Of a stretch of DNA of 64,000 nucleotides, positions 45,151 through 60,100 are shown piece by piece. The translations under genes were made by a program, and so were the position numbers. The notes beneath the pieces are model-generated. The model saw only the letters and a program-made list of their open reading frames with translations, was not told where the DNA came from and made no database searches. Each line of letters begins with the position of its first letter. The first letter of the stretch is position 1. The DNA comes from Eledone cirrhosa (taxonomy: Eukaryota): NCBI GenBank assembly GCA_964016885.1, contig OZ024740.1, positions 28,210,001 to 28,274,000 of the forward strand, in the 5' to 3' direction.

Positions 45151-48100
45151 TATATGTGATCTTCCTGAGTATACGTGATTTTCATGACTATGTGATTTTC
45201 CTGACAATATGTGATTTTCCTGAGTATATGTGATTTTCCTGAGTATGTGTGATTTTACTGAGTATATGTGATTTTCTTGAGTATATGTGATTTTCCTGAG
45301 TATATGTGATTTCCCTGAGTATATGTGATTTTCCTGACTATTTGTGATTTTCCTGACTATGTGATTTTCTTGACTATATGTGATTTTCCTGAGTATATGT
45401 GATTTTCATGAGTATATGTGATATTCCTGAGTATATGTGATTTTCCTGACTATATGTGATTTTCCTGAGTATATGTGATCTTCCTGAGTATATGTGATTT
45501 TCCTGAGTATATGCTATTTTCCTGAGTATATGTGATTTTCCTGAGTATATGAAATTTCCCTGAGTATATGTGATTTTCCTGACTATTTGTGATTTTCCTG
45601 ACTATGTGATTTTCTTGACTATATGTGATTTTCCTGAGTATATGTGATTTTCCTGACTATATGTGATTTTCCTGAGTATATAAAATTTCCCTGAGTATAT
45701 GTGATTTTCCTGAGTATATGTGATTTTCCTGACTATATGTGATTTTCCTGAGTATATGTGATTTCCCTGACTATATGTGATTTTCCTGAGTATATGTAAT
45801 TTCCCTGAGTATATGTGATTTTCCTGAGTATATGTGATCTCCTGACTATATGTGATTTTCCCGAGTATATGTGATTTCCCTGACTATATGTGATTTCCCT
45901 GAGTATATGTGATTTTCCTGAGTATATGTGATTTTCCTGTGTATATGTGATTTCCCTGACTATATGTGATTTTCATGATTATATGTGATCTTCCTGAGTA
46001 TATGTGATTTTCCTGAGTATATGTGATTTCCTTGAGTATATGTGATTTTCCTGAGTATATGTGATTTTCATGACTATATGTGATTTTCCTGAGTATATGT
46101 GATCTTTCTGAGTATATGTGATTTTCCTGAGTATAGGCGATTTTCCTGAGTATATGTTATTTCCCTGAATATATGTGATTTTCCTGAATATATGTGATTT
46201 TCCTGAGTATATGTTATTTCCCTGAATATATGTGATTTTCCTTAGTATATGTGATTTTCCTGTGTATATATGATTTTCCTGAGTATATGTGATTTTCATG
46301 AGTATATGTGAATTCCCTGAGTATATGAGATTTTCATGAGTATATGTGATTTCACTAGGTATATGTGATTTTCCTGACTATATTTGATTTTCCTGACTAT
46401 ATGTGATTTTCCTGAGTATATGTGATTTTCCTGAGTATATGTGATTTCCCTGAGTATATGTGATTTTCCTGAGTATTTGTGATTTTCCTGACTGTATGTG
46501 TTTTCCTGACTATATGTGATTTTCCTGAGTATATGTGATTTTCCTGACTATATGTGATTTTCCTGAGTATATGTAATTTCCCTGAGTATATGTGATTTTC
46601 CTGAGTATATGTGATCTCCTGACTATATGTGATTTTCCTGAGTATATGTGATTTCCCTGACTATATGTGATTTCCCTGAGTATATGTGATTTTCCTGAGT
46701 ATATGTGATTTTCCTGAGTATATGTGATTTCCCTGACTATATGTGATTTTCGTGATTATATGTGATCTTCCTGAGTATATGTGATTTTCCTAAGTATATG
46801 TGATTTCCCTGAGTATATGTGATTTTCCTGAGTATATGTGATTTTCATCACTATATGTGATTTTCCTGAGTATATGTGATTTTCATGACTATGTGATTTT
46901 CCTGACAATATGTGATTTTCCTGAGTATATGTGATTTTCCTGAGTATATGAGATTTTCCTGAGTATATGTGATTTTCTTGAGTATATGTGATTTTCCTGA
47001 GGATATGTCATTTCCCTGAGTATATGTGATTTTCCTGACTATTTGTGATTTTCCTGACTATGTGATTTTCTTGACTATATGTGATTTTCCTGAGTATATG
47101 TGATTTTCCTGACTATATGTGATTTTCCTGAGTATATAAAATTTCCCTGAGTATATGTGATTTTCCTGAGTATATGTGATTTTCCTGACTATATGTGCTT
47201 TTCCTGAGTATATGTGATTTTCCTGACTATTCGTGATTTTCCTGACTATGTGATTTTCTTGACTATATGTGATTTTCCTGAGTATATATGATTTTCCTGA
47301 CTATATGTGATTTTCCTGAGTATATAAAATTTCCCTGAGTATATGTGATTTTCCTGAGTATATGTGATTTTCCTGACTATATGTGATTTTCCTGAGTATA
47401 TGTGATTTCCCTGACTATATGTGATTTTCCTGAGTATATGTAATTTCCCTGAGTATATGTGATTTTCCTGAGTATATGTGATTTCCCTGACTATATGTGA
47501 TTTTCATGATTATATGTGATCTTCCTGAGTATATGTGATTTTCCTGAGTATATGTGATTTCCCTGAGTATATGTGATTTTCATGAGTATATGTGATTTTC
47601 CTGAGTATACGTGATTTTCATGACTATGTGATTTTCCTGACAATATGTGATTTTCCTGAGTATATGTGATTTTCCTGAGTATGTGTGATTTTACTGAGTA
47701 TATGTGATTTTCTTGAGTATATGTGATTTTCCTGAGTATATGTGATTTCCCTGAGTATATGTGATTTTCCTGACTATTTGTGATTTTCCTGACTATGTGA
47801 TTTTCTTGACTATATGTGATTTTCCTGAGTATATGTGATTTTCATGAGTATATGTGATATTCCTGAGTATATGTGATTTTCCTGACTATATGTGATTTTC
47901 CTGAGTATATGTGATCTTCCTGAGTATATGTGATTTTCCTGACTATATGTGATTTTCCTGAGTATATGTGATTTCCCTGACTATATGTGATTTTCCTGAG
48001 TATATGTAATTTCCCTGAGTATATGTGATTTTCCTGAGTATATGTGATTTCCCTGACTATATGTGATTTTCATGATTATATGTGATCTTCCTGAGTATAT

Positions 48101-51100
48101 GTGATTTTCCTGAGTATATGTGATTTCCCTGAGTATATGTGATTTTCATGAGTATATGTGATTTTCCTGAGTATACGTGATTTTCATGACTATGTGATTT
48201 TCCTGACAATATGTGATTTTCCTGAGTATATGTGATTTTCCTGAGTATGTGTGATTTTACTGAGTATATGTGATTTTCTTGAGTATATGTGATTTTCCTG
48301 AGTATATGTGATTTCCCTGAGTATATGTGATTTTCCTGACTATTTGTGATTTTCCTGACTATGTGATTTTCTTGACTATATGTGATTTTCCTGAGTATAT
48401 GTGATTTTCATGAGTATATGTGATATTCCTGAGTATATGTGATTTTCCTGACTATATGTGATTTTCCTGAGTATATGTGATCTTCCTGAGTATATGTGAT
48501 TTTCCTGAGTATATGCGATTTTCCTGAGTATATGTGATTTTCCTGAGTATATGAAATTTCCCTGAGTATATGTGATTTTCCTGACTATTTGTGATTTTCC
48601 TGACTATGTGATTTTCTTGACTATATGTGATTTTCCTGAGTATATGTGATTTTCCTGACTATATGTGATTTTCCTGAGTATATAAAATTTCCCTGAGTAT
48701 ATGTGATTTTCCTGAGTATATGTGATTTTCCTGAGTATATGTGATTTTCCTGACTATATGTGATTTTCCTGAGTATATGTGATTTCCCTGACTATATGTG
48801 ATTTTCCTGAGTATATGTAATTTCTCTGAGTATATGTGATTTTCCTGAGTATATGTGATCTCCTGACTATATGTGATTTTCCTGAGTATATGTGATTTCC
48901 CTGACTATATGTGATTTCCCTGAGTATATGTGATTTTCCTGAGTATATGTGATTTTCCTGAGTATATGTGATTTCCCTGACTATATGTGATTTTCATGAT
49001 TATATGTGATCTTCCTGAGTATATGTGATTTTCCTGAGTATATGTGATTTCCCTGAGTATATGTGATTTTCCTGAGTATATGTGATTTTCATGACTATAT
49101 GTGATTTTCCTGAGTATATGTGATTTTCATGATTATGTGATTTTCCTGACAATATGTGATTTTCCTGAGTATATGTGATTTTCCTGAGTATATGTGATTT
49201 TCCTGAGTATATGTGATTTTCTTGAGTATATGTGATTTTCCTGAGTATATGTGATTTCCCTGAGTATATGTGATTTTCCTGACTATTTGTGATTTTCCTG
49301 ACTATATGTGATTTTCCTGAGTATATGTGATTTTGCTGACTATATGTGATTTTCCTGAGTATATAAAATTTCCCTGAGTATATGTGATTTTCCTGAGTAT
49401 ATGTGATTTTCCTGACTATATGTGCTTTTCCTGAGTATATGTGATTTTCCTGACTATTCGTGATTTTCCTGACTATGTGATTTTCTTGACTATATGTGAT
49501 TTTCCTGAGTATATATGATTTTCCTGACTATATGTGATTTTCCTGAGTATATAAAATTTCCCTGAGTATATGTGATTTTCCTGAGTATATGTGATTTTCC
49601 TGACTATATGTGATTTTCCTGAGTATATGTGATTTCCCTGACTATATGTGATTTTCCTGAGTATATGTAATTTCCCTGAGTATATGTGATTTTCCTGAGT
49701 ATATGTGATTTCCCTGACTATATGTGATTTTCATGATTATATGTGATCTTCCTGAGTATACGTGATTTTCATGACTATGTGATTTTCCTGACAATATGTG
49801 ATTTTCCTGAGTATATGTGATTTTCCTGAGTATGTGTGATTTTACTGAGTATATGTGATTTTCTTGAGTATATGTGATTTTCCTGAGTATATGTGATTTC
49901 CCTGAGTATATGTGATTTTCCTGACTATTTGTGATTTTCCTGACTATGTGATTTTCTTGACTATATGTGATTTTCCTGAGTATATGTGATTTTCATGAGT
50001 ATATGTGATATTCCTGAGTATATGTGATTTTCCTGACTATATGTGATTTTCCTGAGTATATGTGATCTTCCTGAGTATATGTGATTTTCCTGAGTATATG
50101 CTATTTTCCTGAGTATATGTGATTTTCCTGAGTATATGAAATTTCCCTGAGTATATGTGATTTTCCTGACTATTTGTGATTTTCCTGACTATGTGATTTT
50201 CTTGACTATATGTGATTTTCCTGAGTATATGTGATTTTCCTGACTATATGTGATTTTCCTGAGTATATAAAATTTCCCTGAGTATATGTGATTTTCCTGA
50301 GTATATGTGATTTTCCTGACTATATGTGATTTTCCTGAGTATATGTGATTTCCCTGACTATATGTGATTTTCCTGAGTATATGTAATTTCCCTGAGTATA
50401 TGTGATTTTCCTGAGTATATGTGATCTCCTGACTATATGTGATTTTCCCGAGTATATGTGATTTCCCTGACTATATGTGATTTCCCTGAGTATATGTGAT
50501 TTTCCTGAGTATATGTGATTTTCCTGTGTATATGTGATTTCCCTGACTATATGTGATTTTCATGATTATATGTGATCTTCCTGAGTATATGTGATTTTCC
50601 TGAGTATATGTGATTTCCTTGAGTATATGTGATTTTCCTGAGTATATGTGATTTTCATGACTATATGTGATTTTCCTGAGTATATGTGATCTTTCTGAGT
50701 ATATGTGATTTTCCTGAGTATAGGCGATTTTCCTGAGTATATGTTATTTCCCTGAATATATGTGATTTTCCTGAATATATGTGATTTTCCTGAGTATATG
50801 TTATTTCCCTGAATATATGTGATTTTCCTTAGTATATGTGATTTTCCTGTGTATATATGATTTTCCTGAGTATATGTGATTTTCATGAGTATATGTGAAT
50901 TCCCTGAGTATATGAGATTTTCATGAGTATATGTGATTTCACTAGGTATATGTGATTTTCCTGACTATATTTGATTTTCCTGACTATATGTGATTTTCCT
51001 GAGTATATGTGATTTTCCTGAGTATATGTGATTTCCCTGAGTATATGTGATTTTCCTGAGTATTTGTGATTTTCCTGACTGTATGTGTTTTCCTGACTAT

Positions 51101-54100
51101 ATGTGATTTTCCTGAGTATATGTGATTTTCCTGACTATATGTGATTTTCCTGAGTATATGTAATTTCCCTGAGTATATGTGATTTTCCTGAGTATATGTG
51201 ATCTCCTGACTATATGTGATTTTCCTGAGTATATGTGATTTCCCTGACTATATGTGATTTCCCTGAGTATATGTGATTTTCCTGAGTATATGTGATTTTC
51301 CTGAGTATATGTGATTTCCCTGACTATATGTGATTTTCGTGATTATATGTGATCTTCCTGAGTATATGTGATTTTCCTAAGTATATGTGATTTCCCTGAG
51401 TATATGTGATTTTCCTGAGTATATGTGATTTTCATCACTATATGTGATTTTCCTGAGTATATGTGATTTTCATGACTATGTGATTTTCCTGACAATATGT
51501 GATTTTCCTGAGTATATGTGATTTTCCTGAGTATATGAGATTTTCCTGAGTATATGTGATTTTCTTGAGTATATGTGATTTTCCTGAGGATATGTCATTT
51601 CCCTGAGTATATGTGATTTTCCTGACTATTTGTGATTTTCCTGACTATGTGATTTTCTTGACTATATGTGATTTTCCTGAGTATATGTGATTTTCCTGAC
51701 TATATGTGATTTTCCTGAGTATATAAAATTTCCCTGAGTATATGTGATTTTCCTGAGTATATGTGATTTTCCTGACTATATGTGCTTTTCCTGAGTATAT
51801 GTGATTTTCCTGACTATTCGTGATTTTCCTGACTATGTGATTTTCTTGACTATATGTGATTTTCCTGAGTATATATGATTTTCCTGACTATATGTGATTT
51901 TCCTGAGTATATAAAATTTCCCTGAGTATATGTGATTTTCCTGAGTATATGTGATTTTCCTGACTATATGTGATTTTCCTGAGTATATGTGATTTCCCTG
52001 ACTATATGTGATTTTCCTGAGTATATGTAATTTCCCTGAGTATATGTGATTTTCCTGAGTATATGTGATTTCCCTGACTATATGTGATTTTCATGATTAT
52101 ATGTGATCTTCCTGAGTATATGTGATTTTCCTGAGTATATGTGATTTCCCTGAGTATATGTGATTTTCATGAGTATATGTGATTTTCCTGAGTATACGTG
52201 ATTTTCATGACTATGTGATTTTCCTGACAATATGTGATTTTCCTGAGTATATGTGATTTTCCTGAGTATGTGTGATTTTACTGAGTATATGTGATTTTCT
52301 TGAGTATATGTGATTTTCCTGAGTATATGTGATTTCCCTGAGTATATGTGATTTTCCTGACTATTTGTGATTTTCCTGACTATGTGATTTTCTTGACTAT
52401 ATGTGATTTTCCTGAGTATATGTGATTTTCATGAGTATATGTGATATTCCTGAGTATATGTGATTTTCCTGACTATATGTGATTTTCCTGAGTATATGTG
52501 ATCTTCCTGAGTATATGTGATTTTCCTGACTATATGTGATTTTCCTGAGTATATGTGATTTCCCTGACTATATGTGATTTTCCTGAGTATATGTAATTTC
52601 CCTGAGTATATGTGATTTTCCTGAGTATATGTGATTTCCCTGACTATATGTGATTTTCATGATTATATGTGATCTTCCTGAGTATATGTGATTTTCCTGA
52701 GTATATGTGATTTCCCTGAGTATATGTGATTTTCATGAGTATATGTGATTTTCCTGAGTATACGTGATTTTCATGACTATGTGATTTTCCTGACAATATG
52801 TGATTTTCCTGAGTATATGTGATTTTCCTGAGTATGTGTGATTTTACTGAGTATATGTGATTTTCTTGAGTATATGTGATTTTCCTGAGTATATGTGATT
52901 TCCCTGAGTATATGTGATTTTCCTGACTATTTGTGATTTTCCTGACTATGTGATTTTCTTGACTATATGTGATTTTCCTGAGTATATGTGATTTTCATGA
53001 GTATATGTGATATTCCTGAGTATATGTGATTTTCCTGACTATATGTGATTTTCCTGAGTATATGTGATCTTCCTGAGTATATGTGATTTTCCTGAGTATA
53101 TGCGATTTTCCTGAGTATATGTGATTTTCCTGAGTATATGAAATTTCCCTGAGTATATGTGATTTTCCTGACTATTTGTGATTTTCCTGACTATGTGATT
53201 TTCTTGACTATATGTGATTTTCCTGAGTATATGTGATTTTCCTGACTATATGTGATTTTCCTGAGTATATAAAATTTCCCTGAGTATATGTGATTTTCCT
53301 GAGTATATGTGATTTTCCTGACTATATGTGATTTTCCTGAGTATATGTGATTTCCCTGACTATATGTGATTTTCCTGAGTATATGTAATTTCCCTGAGTA
53401 TATGTGATTTTCCTGAGTATATGTGATCTCCTGACTATATGTGATTTTCCTGAGTATATGTGATTTCCCTGACTATATATGATTTCCTTGAGTATATGTG
53501 ATTTTCCTGAGTATATGTGATTTTTCTGTGTATATGTGATTTCCCTGACTATATGTGATTTTCATGATTATATGTGATTTTCTTGACTATATGTGATTTT
53601 CCTGAGTATATGTGATTTTCATGAGTATATGTGATATTCCTGAGTATATGTGATTTTCCTGACTATATGTGATTTTCCTGAGTATATGTGATCTTCCTGA
53701 GTATATGTGATTTTCCTGAGTATATGCTATTTTCCTGAGTATATGTGATTTTCCTGAGTATATGAAATTTCCCTGAGTATATGTGATTTTCCTGACTATT
53801 TGTGATTTTCCTGACTATGTGATTTTCTTGACTATATGTGATTTTCCTGAGTATATGTGATTTTCCTGACTATATGTGATTTTCCTGAGTATATAAAATT
53901 TCCCTGAGTATATGTGATTTTCCTGAGTATATGTGATTTTCCTGACTATATGTGATTTTCCTGAGTATATGTGATTTCCCTGACTATATGTGATTTTCCT
54001 GAGTATATGTAATTTCCCTGAGTATATGTGATTTTCCTGAGTATATGTGATCTCCTGACTATATGTGATTTTCCCGAGTATATGTGATTTCCCTGACTAT

Positions 54101-57100
54101 ATGTGATTTCCCTGAGTATATGTGATTTTCCTGAGTATATGTGATTTTCCTGTGTATATGTGATTTCCCTGACTATATGTGATTTTCATGATTATATGTG
54201 ATCTTCCTGAGTATATGTGATTTTCCTGAGTATATGTGATTTCCTTGAGTATATGAGATTTTCCTGAGTATATGTGATTTTCATGACTATATGTGATTTT
54301 CCTGAGTATATGTGATCTTTCTGAGTATATGTGATTTTCCTGAGTATAGGCGATTTTCCTGAGTATATGTTATTTCCCTGAATATATGTGATTTTCCTGA
54401 ATATATGTGATTTTCCTGAGTATATGTTATTTCCCTGAATATATGTGATTTTCCTTAGTATATGTGATTTTCCTGTGTATATATGATTTTCCTGAGTATA
54501 TGTGATTTTCATGAGTATATGTGAATTCCCTGAGTATATGAGATTTTCATGAGTATATGTGATTTCACTAGGTATATGTGATTTTCCTGACTATATTTGA
54601 TTTTCCTGACTATATGTGATTTTCCTGAGTATATGTGATTTTCCTGAGTATATGTGATTTCCCTGAGTATATGTGATTTTCCTGAGTATTTGTGATTTTC
54701 CTGACTGTATGTGTTTTCCTGACTATATGTGATTTTCCTGAGTATATGTGATTTTCCTGACTATATGTGATTTTCCTGAGTATATGTAATTTCCCTGAGT
54801 ATATGTGATTTTCCTGAGTATATGTGATCTCCTGACTATATGTGATTTTCCTGAGTATATGTGATTTCCCTGACTATATGTGATTTCCCTGAGTATATGT
54901 GATTTTCCTGAGTATATGTGATTTCCTGAGTATATGTGATTTCCCTGACTATATGTGATTTTCGTGATTATATGTGATCTTCCTGAGTATATGTGATTTT
55001 CCTAAGTATATGTGATTTCCCTGAGTATATGTGATTTTCCTGAGTATATGTGATTTTCATCACTATATGTGATTTTCCTGAGTATATGTGATTTTCATGA
55101 CTATGTGATTTTCCTGACAATATGTGATTTTCCTGAGTATATGTGATTTTCCTGAGTATATGAGATTTTCCTGAGTATATGTGATTTTCTTGAGTATATG
55201 TGATTTTCCTGAGGATATGTCATTTCCCTGAGTATATGTGATTTTCCTGACTATTTGTGATTTTCCTGACTATGTGATTTTCTTGACTATATGTGATTTT
55301 CCTGAGTATATGTGATTTTCCTGACTATATGTGATTTTCCTGAGTATATAAAATTTCCCTGAGTATATGTGATTTTCCTGAGTATATGTGATTTTCCTGA
55401 CTATATGTGCTTTTCCTGAGTATATGTGATTTTCCTGACTATTCGTGATTTTCCTGACTATGTGATTTTCTTGACTATATGTGATTTTCCTGAGTATATA
55501 TGATTTTCCTGACTATATGTGATTTTCCTGAGTATATAAAATTTCCCTGAGTATATGTGATTTTCCTGAGTATATGTGATTTTCCTGACTATATGTGATT
55601 TTCATGAGTATATGTGATTTCCCTGACTATATGTGATTTTCCTGAGTATATGTAATTTCCCTGAGTATATGTGATTTTCCTGAGTATATGTGATTTCCCT
55701 GACTATATGTGATTTTCATGATTATATGTGATCTTCCTGAGTATATGTGATTTTCCTGAGTATATGTGATTTCCCTGAGTATATGTGATTTTCATGAGTA
55801 TATGTGATTTTCCTGAGTATACGTGATTTTCATGACTATGTGATTTTCCTGACAATATGTGATTTTCCTGAGTATATGTGATTTTCCTGAGTATGTGTGA
55901 TTTTACTGAGTATATGTGATTTTCTTGAGTATATGTGATTTTCCTGAGTATATGTGATTTCCCTGAGTATATGTGATTTTCCTGACTATTTGTGATTTTC
56001 CTGACTATGTGATTTTCTTGACTATATGTGATTTTCCTGAGTATATGTGATTTTCATGAGTATATGTGATATTCCTGAGTATATGTGATTTCCCTGACTA
56101 TATGTGATTTTCCTGAGTATATGTAATTTCCCTGAGTATATGTGATTTTCCTGAGTATATGTGATTTCCCTGACTATATGTGATTTTCATGATTATATGT
56201 GATCTTCCTGAGTATATGTGATTTTCCTGAGTATATGTGATTTCCCTGAGTATATGTGATTTTCATGAGTATATGTGATTTTCCTGAGTATACGTGATTT
56301 TCATGACTATGTGATTTTCCTGACAATATGTGATTTTCCTGAGTATATGTGATTTTCCTGAGTATGTGTGATTTTACTGAGTATATGTGATTTTCTTGAG
56401 TATATGTGATTTTCCTGAGTATATGTGATTTCCCTGAGTATATGTGATTTTCCTGACTATTTGTGATTTTCCTGACTATGTGATTTTCTTGACTATATGT
56501 GATTTTCCTGAGTATATGTGATTTTCATGAGTATATGTGATATTCCTGAGTATATGTGATTTTCCTGACTATATGTGATTTTCCTGAGTATATGTGATCT
56601 TCCTGAGTATATGTGATTTTCCTGAGTATATGCGATTTTCCTGAGTATATGTGATTTTCCTGAGTATATGAAATTTCCCTGAGTATATGTGATTTTCCTG
56701 ACTATTTGTGATTTTCCTGACTATGTGATTTTCTTGACTATATGTGATTTTCCTGAGTATATGTGATTTTCCTGACTATATGTGATTTTCCTGAGTATAT
56801 AAAATTTCCCTGAGTATATGTGATTTTCCTGAGTATATGTGATTTTCCTGACTATATGTGATTTTCCTGAGTATATGTGATTTCCCTGACTATATGTGAT
56901 TTTCCTGAGTATATGTAATTTCCCTGAGTATATGTGATTTTCCTGAGTATATGTGATCTCCTGACTATATGTGATTTTCCTGAGTATATGTGATTTCCCT
57001 GACTATATGTGATTTCCTTGAGTATATGTGATTTTCCTGAGTATATGTGATTTTTCTGTGTATATGTGATTTCCCTGACTATATGTGATTTTCATGATTA

Positions 57101-60100
57101 TATGTGATCTTCCTGAGTATATGTGATTTTCCTGAGTATATGTGATTTCCTTGAGTATATGTGATTTTCCTGAGTATATGTGATTTTCATGACTATATGT
57201 GATTTTCCTGAGTATATGTGATCTTTCTGAGTATATGTGATTTTCCTGAGTATAGGCGATTTTCCTGAGTATATGTTATTTCCCTGAATATATGTGATTT
57301 TCCTGAATATATGTGATTTTCCTGAGTATATGTTATTTCCCTGACTATATGTGATTTTCCTGAGTATATGTGATTTCCCTGACTATAGGTGATTTTCCTG
57401 AGTATATGTAATTTCCCTGAGAATATGTGATTTTCCTCAGTATATGTGATTTTCTTGAGTATATGTGATTTTCCTGAGTATATGTGATTTCCCTGAGTAT
57501 ATGTGATTTTCCTGACTATTTGTGATTTTCCTGACTATGTGATTTTCTTGACTATATGTGATTTTCCTGAGTATATGTGATTTTGCTGACTATATGTGAT
57601 TTTCCTGAGTATATGTGATTTTCCTGACTTTATGTGATTTTCCTGAGTATATGTGATTTTCATGACTATATGTGATTTTCCTGAGTATATGTGATTTTCA
57701 TGACTATATGTGATTTTCCTGACAATATGTGATTTTCCTGAGTATGTGTGATTTTCATGAGTATATGTGATTTTCATGAGTATACGTGATTTTCCTGAGT
57801 ATATGTAATTTCTTTGAGTATATGTGATTTCTCTGACTATATGTGATGTTCCTGAGTATATGTGATCTTCCTGAGTATATGTGATTTTCCTGAGTATAGG
57901 CGATTTTCCTGAGTATATGTGATTTTTCTGACTATATGTGATCTTCCTGAGTATATGTGATTTCCCTGAGTATATGTGATTTTCCTGAGTATATATGATT
58001 TTCCTGAGTATATGTGATTTTCTTGAGTATATGTGATTTCCCTGAATATATGTGATTTTCCAGAGTATATGTGATTATTCTGTGTATATATAATTTTCCT
58101 GAGTATATGTGACTTTCCTGAGTATATGTGATTTCCCTGAGTATATGTGATTTTCCTCAGTATATGTGATTTTCCTGACAATATTTGATTTTCCTGAGTA
58201 TATGTGATTTTCCTGAGTATATGTGATTTTCCTGAGTATATGTGATTTTCTTGAGTATATGTGATTTTCCTGAGTATATGTGATTTCCCTGAGTATATGT
58301 GATTTTCCTGACTATTCGTGATTTTCCTGACTATGTGATTTTCTTGACTATATGTGATTTTCCTGAGTATATGTGATTTTCCTGACTATATGTGATTTTC
58401 CTGAGTATATAAAATTTCCCTGAGTATATGTGATTTTCCTGAGTATATGTGATTTTCCTGACTATATGTGATTTTCCTGAGTATATGTGATTTCCCTGAC
58501 TATATGTGATTTTCCTGAGTATATGTAATTTCCCTGAGTATATGTGATTTTCCTGAGTATATGTGATTTTCCTGAGTATATGTGATTTTCCTGACTATAT
58601 GTGATTTTCCTGAGTATATGTGATTTCCCTGACTATATGTGATTTTCCTGAGTATATGTAATTTCTCTGAGTATATGTGATTTTCCTGAGTATATGTGAT
58701 CTCCTGACTATATGTGATTTTCCTGAGTATATGTGATTTCCCTGACTATATGTGATTTCCCTGAGTATATGTGATTTTCCTGAGTATATGTGATTTTCCT
58801 GAGTATATGTGATTTCCCTGACTATATGTGATTTTCATGATTATATGTGATCTTCCTGAGTATATGTGATTTTCCTGAGTATATGTGATTTCCCTGAGTA
58901 TATGTGATTTTCCTGAGTATATGTGATTTTCATGACTATATGTGATTTTCCTGAGTATATGTGATTTTCATGATTATGTGATTTTCCTGACAATATGTGA
59001 TTTTCCTGAGTATATGTGATTTTCCTGAGTATATGTGATTTTCCTGAGTATATGTGATTTTCTTGAGTATATGTGATTTTCCTGAGTATATGTGATTTCC
59101 CTGAGTATATGTGATTTTCCTGACTATTTGTGATTTTCCTGACTATATGTGATTTTCCTGAGTATATGTGATTTTGCTGACTATATGTGATTTTCCTGAG
59201 TATATAAAATTTCCCTGAGTATATGTGATTTTCCTGAGTATATGTGATTTTCCTGACTATATGTGCTTTTCCTGAGTATATGTGATTTTCCTGACTATTC
59301 GTGATTTTCCTGACTATGTGATTTTCTTGACTATATGTGATTTTCCTGAGTATATAAAATTTCCCTGAGTATATGTGATTTTCCTGAGTATATGTGATTT
59401 TCCTGACTATATGTGATTTTCCTGAGTATATGTGATTTCCCTGACTATATGTGATTTTCCTGAGTATATGTAATTTCCCTGAGTATATGTGATTTTCCTG
59501 AGTATATGTGATTTCCCTGACTATATGTGATTTTCATGATTATATGTGATCTTCCTGAGTATACGTGATTTTCATGACTATGTGATTTTCCTGACAATAT
59601 GTGATTTTCCTGAGTATATGTGATTTTCCTGAGTATGTGTGATTTTACTGAGTATATGTGATTTTCTTGAGTATATGTGATTTTCCTGAGTATATGTGAT
59701 TTCCCTGAGTATATGTGATTTTCCTGACTATTTGTGATTTTCCTGACTATGTGATTTTCTTGACTATATGTGATTTTCCTGAGTATATGTGATTTTCATG
59801 AGTATATGTGATATTCCTGAGTATATGTGATTTTCCTGACTATATGTGATTTTCCTGAGTATATGTGATCTTCCTGAGTATATGTGATTTTCCTGAGTAT
59901 ATGCGATTTTCCTGAGTATATGTGATTTTCCTGAGTATATGAAATTTCCCTGAGTATATGTGATTTTCCTGACTATTTGTGATTTTCCTGACTATGTGAT
60001 TTTCTTGACTATATGTGATTTTCCTGAGTATATGTGATTTTCCTGACTATATGTGATTTTCCTGAGTATATAAAATTTCCCTGAGTATATGTGATTTTCC

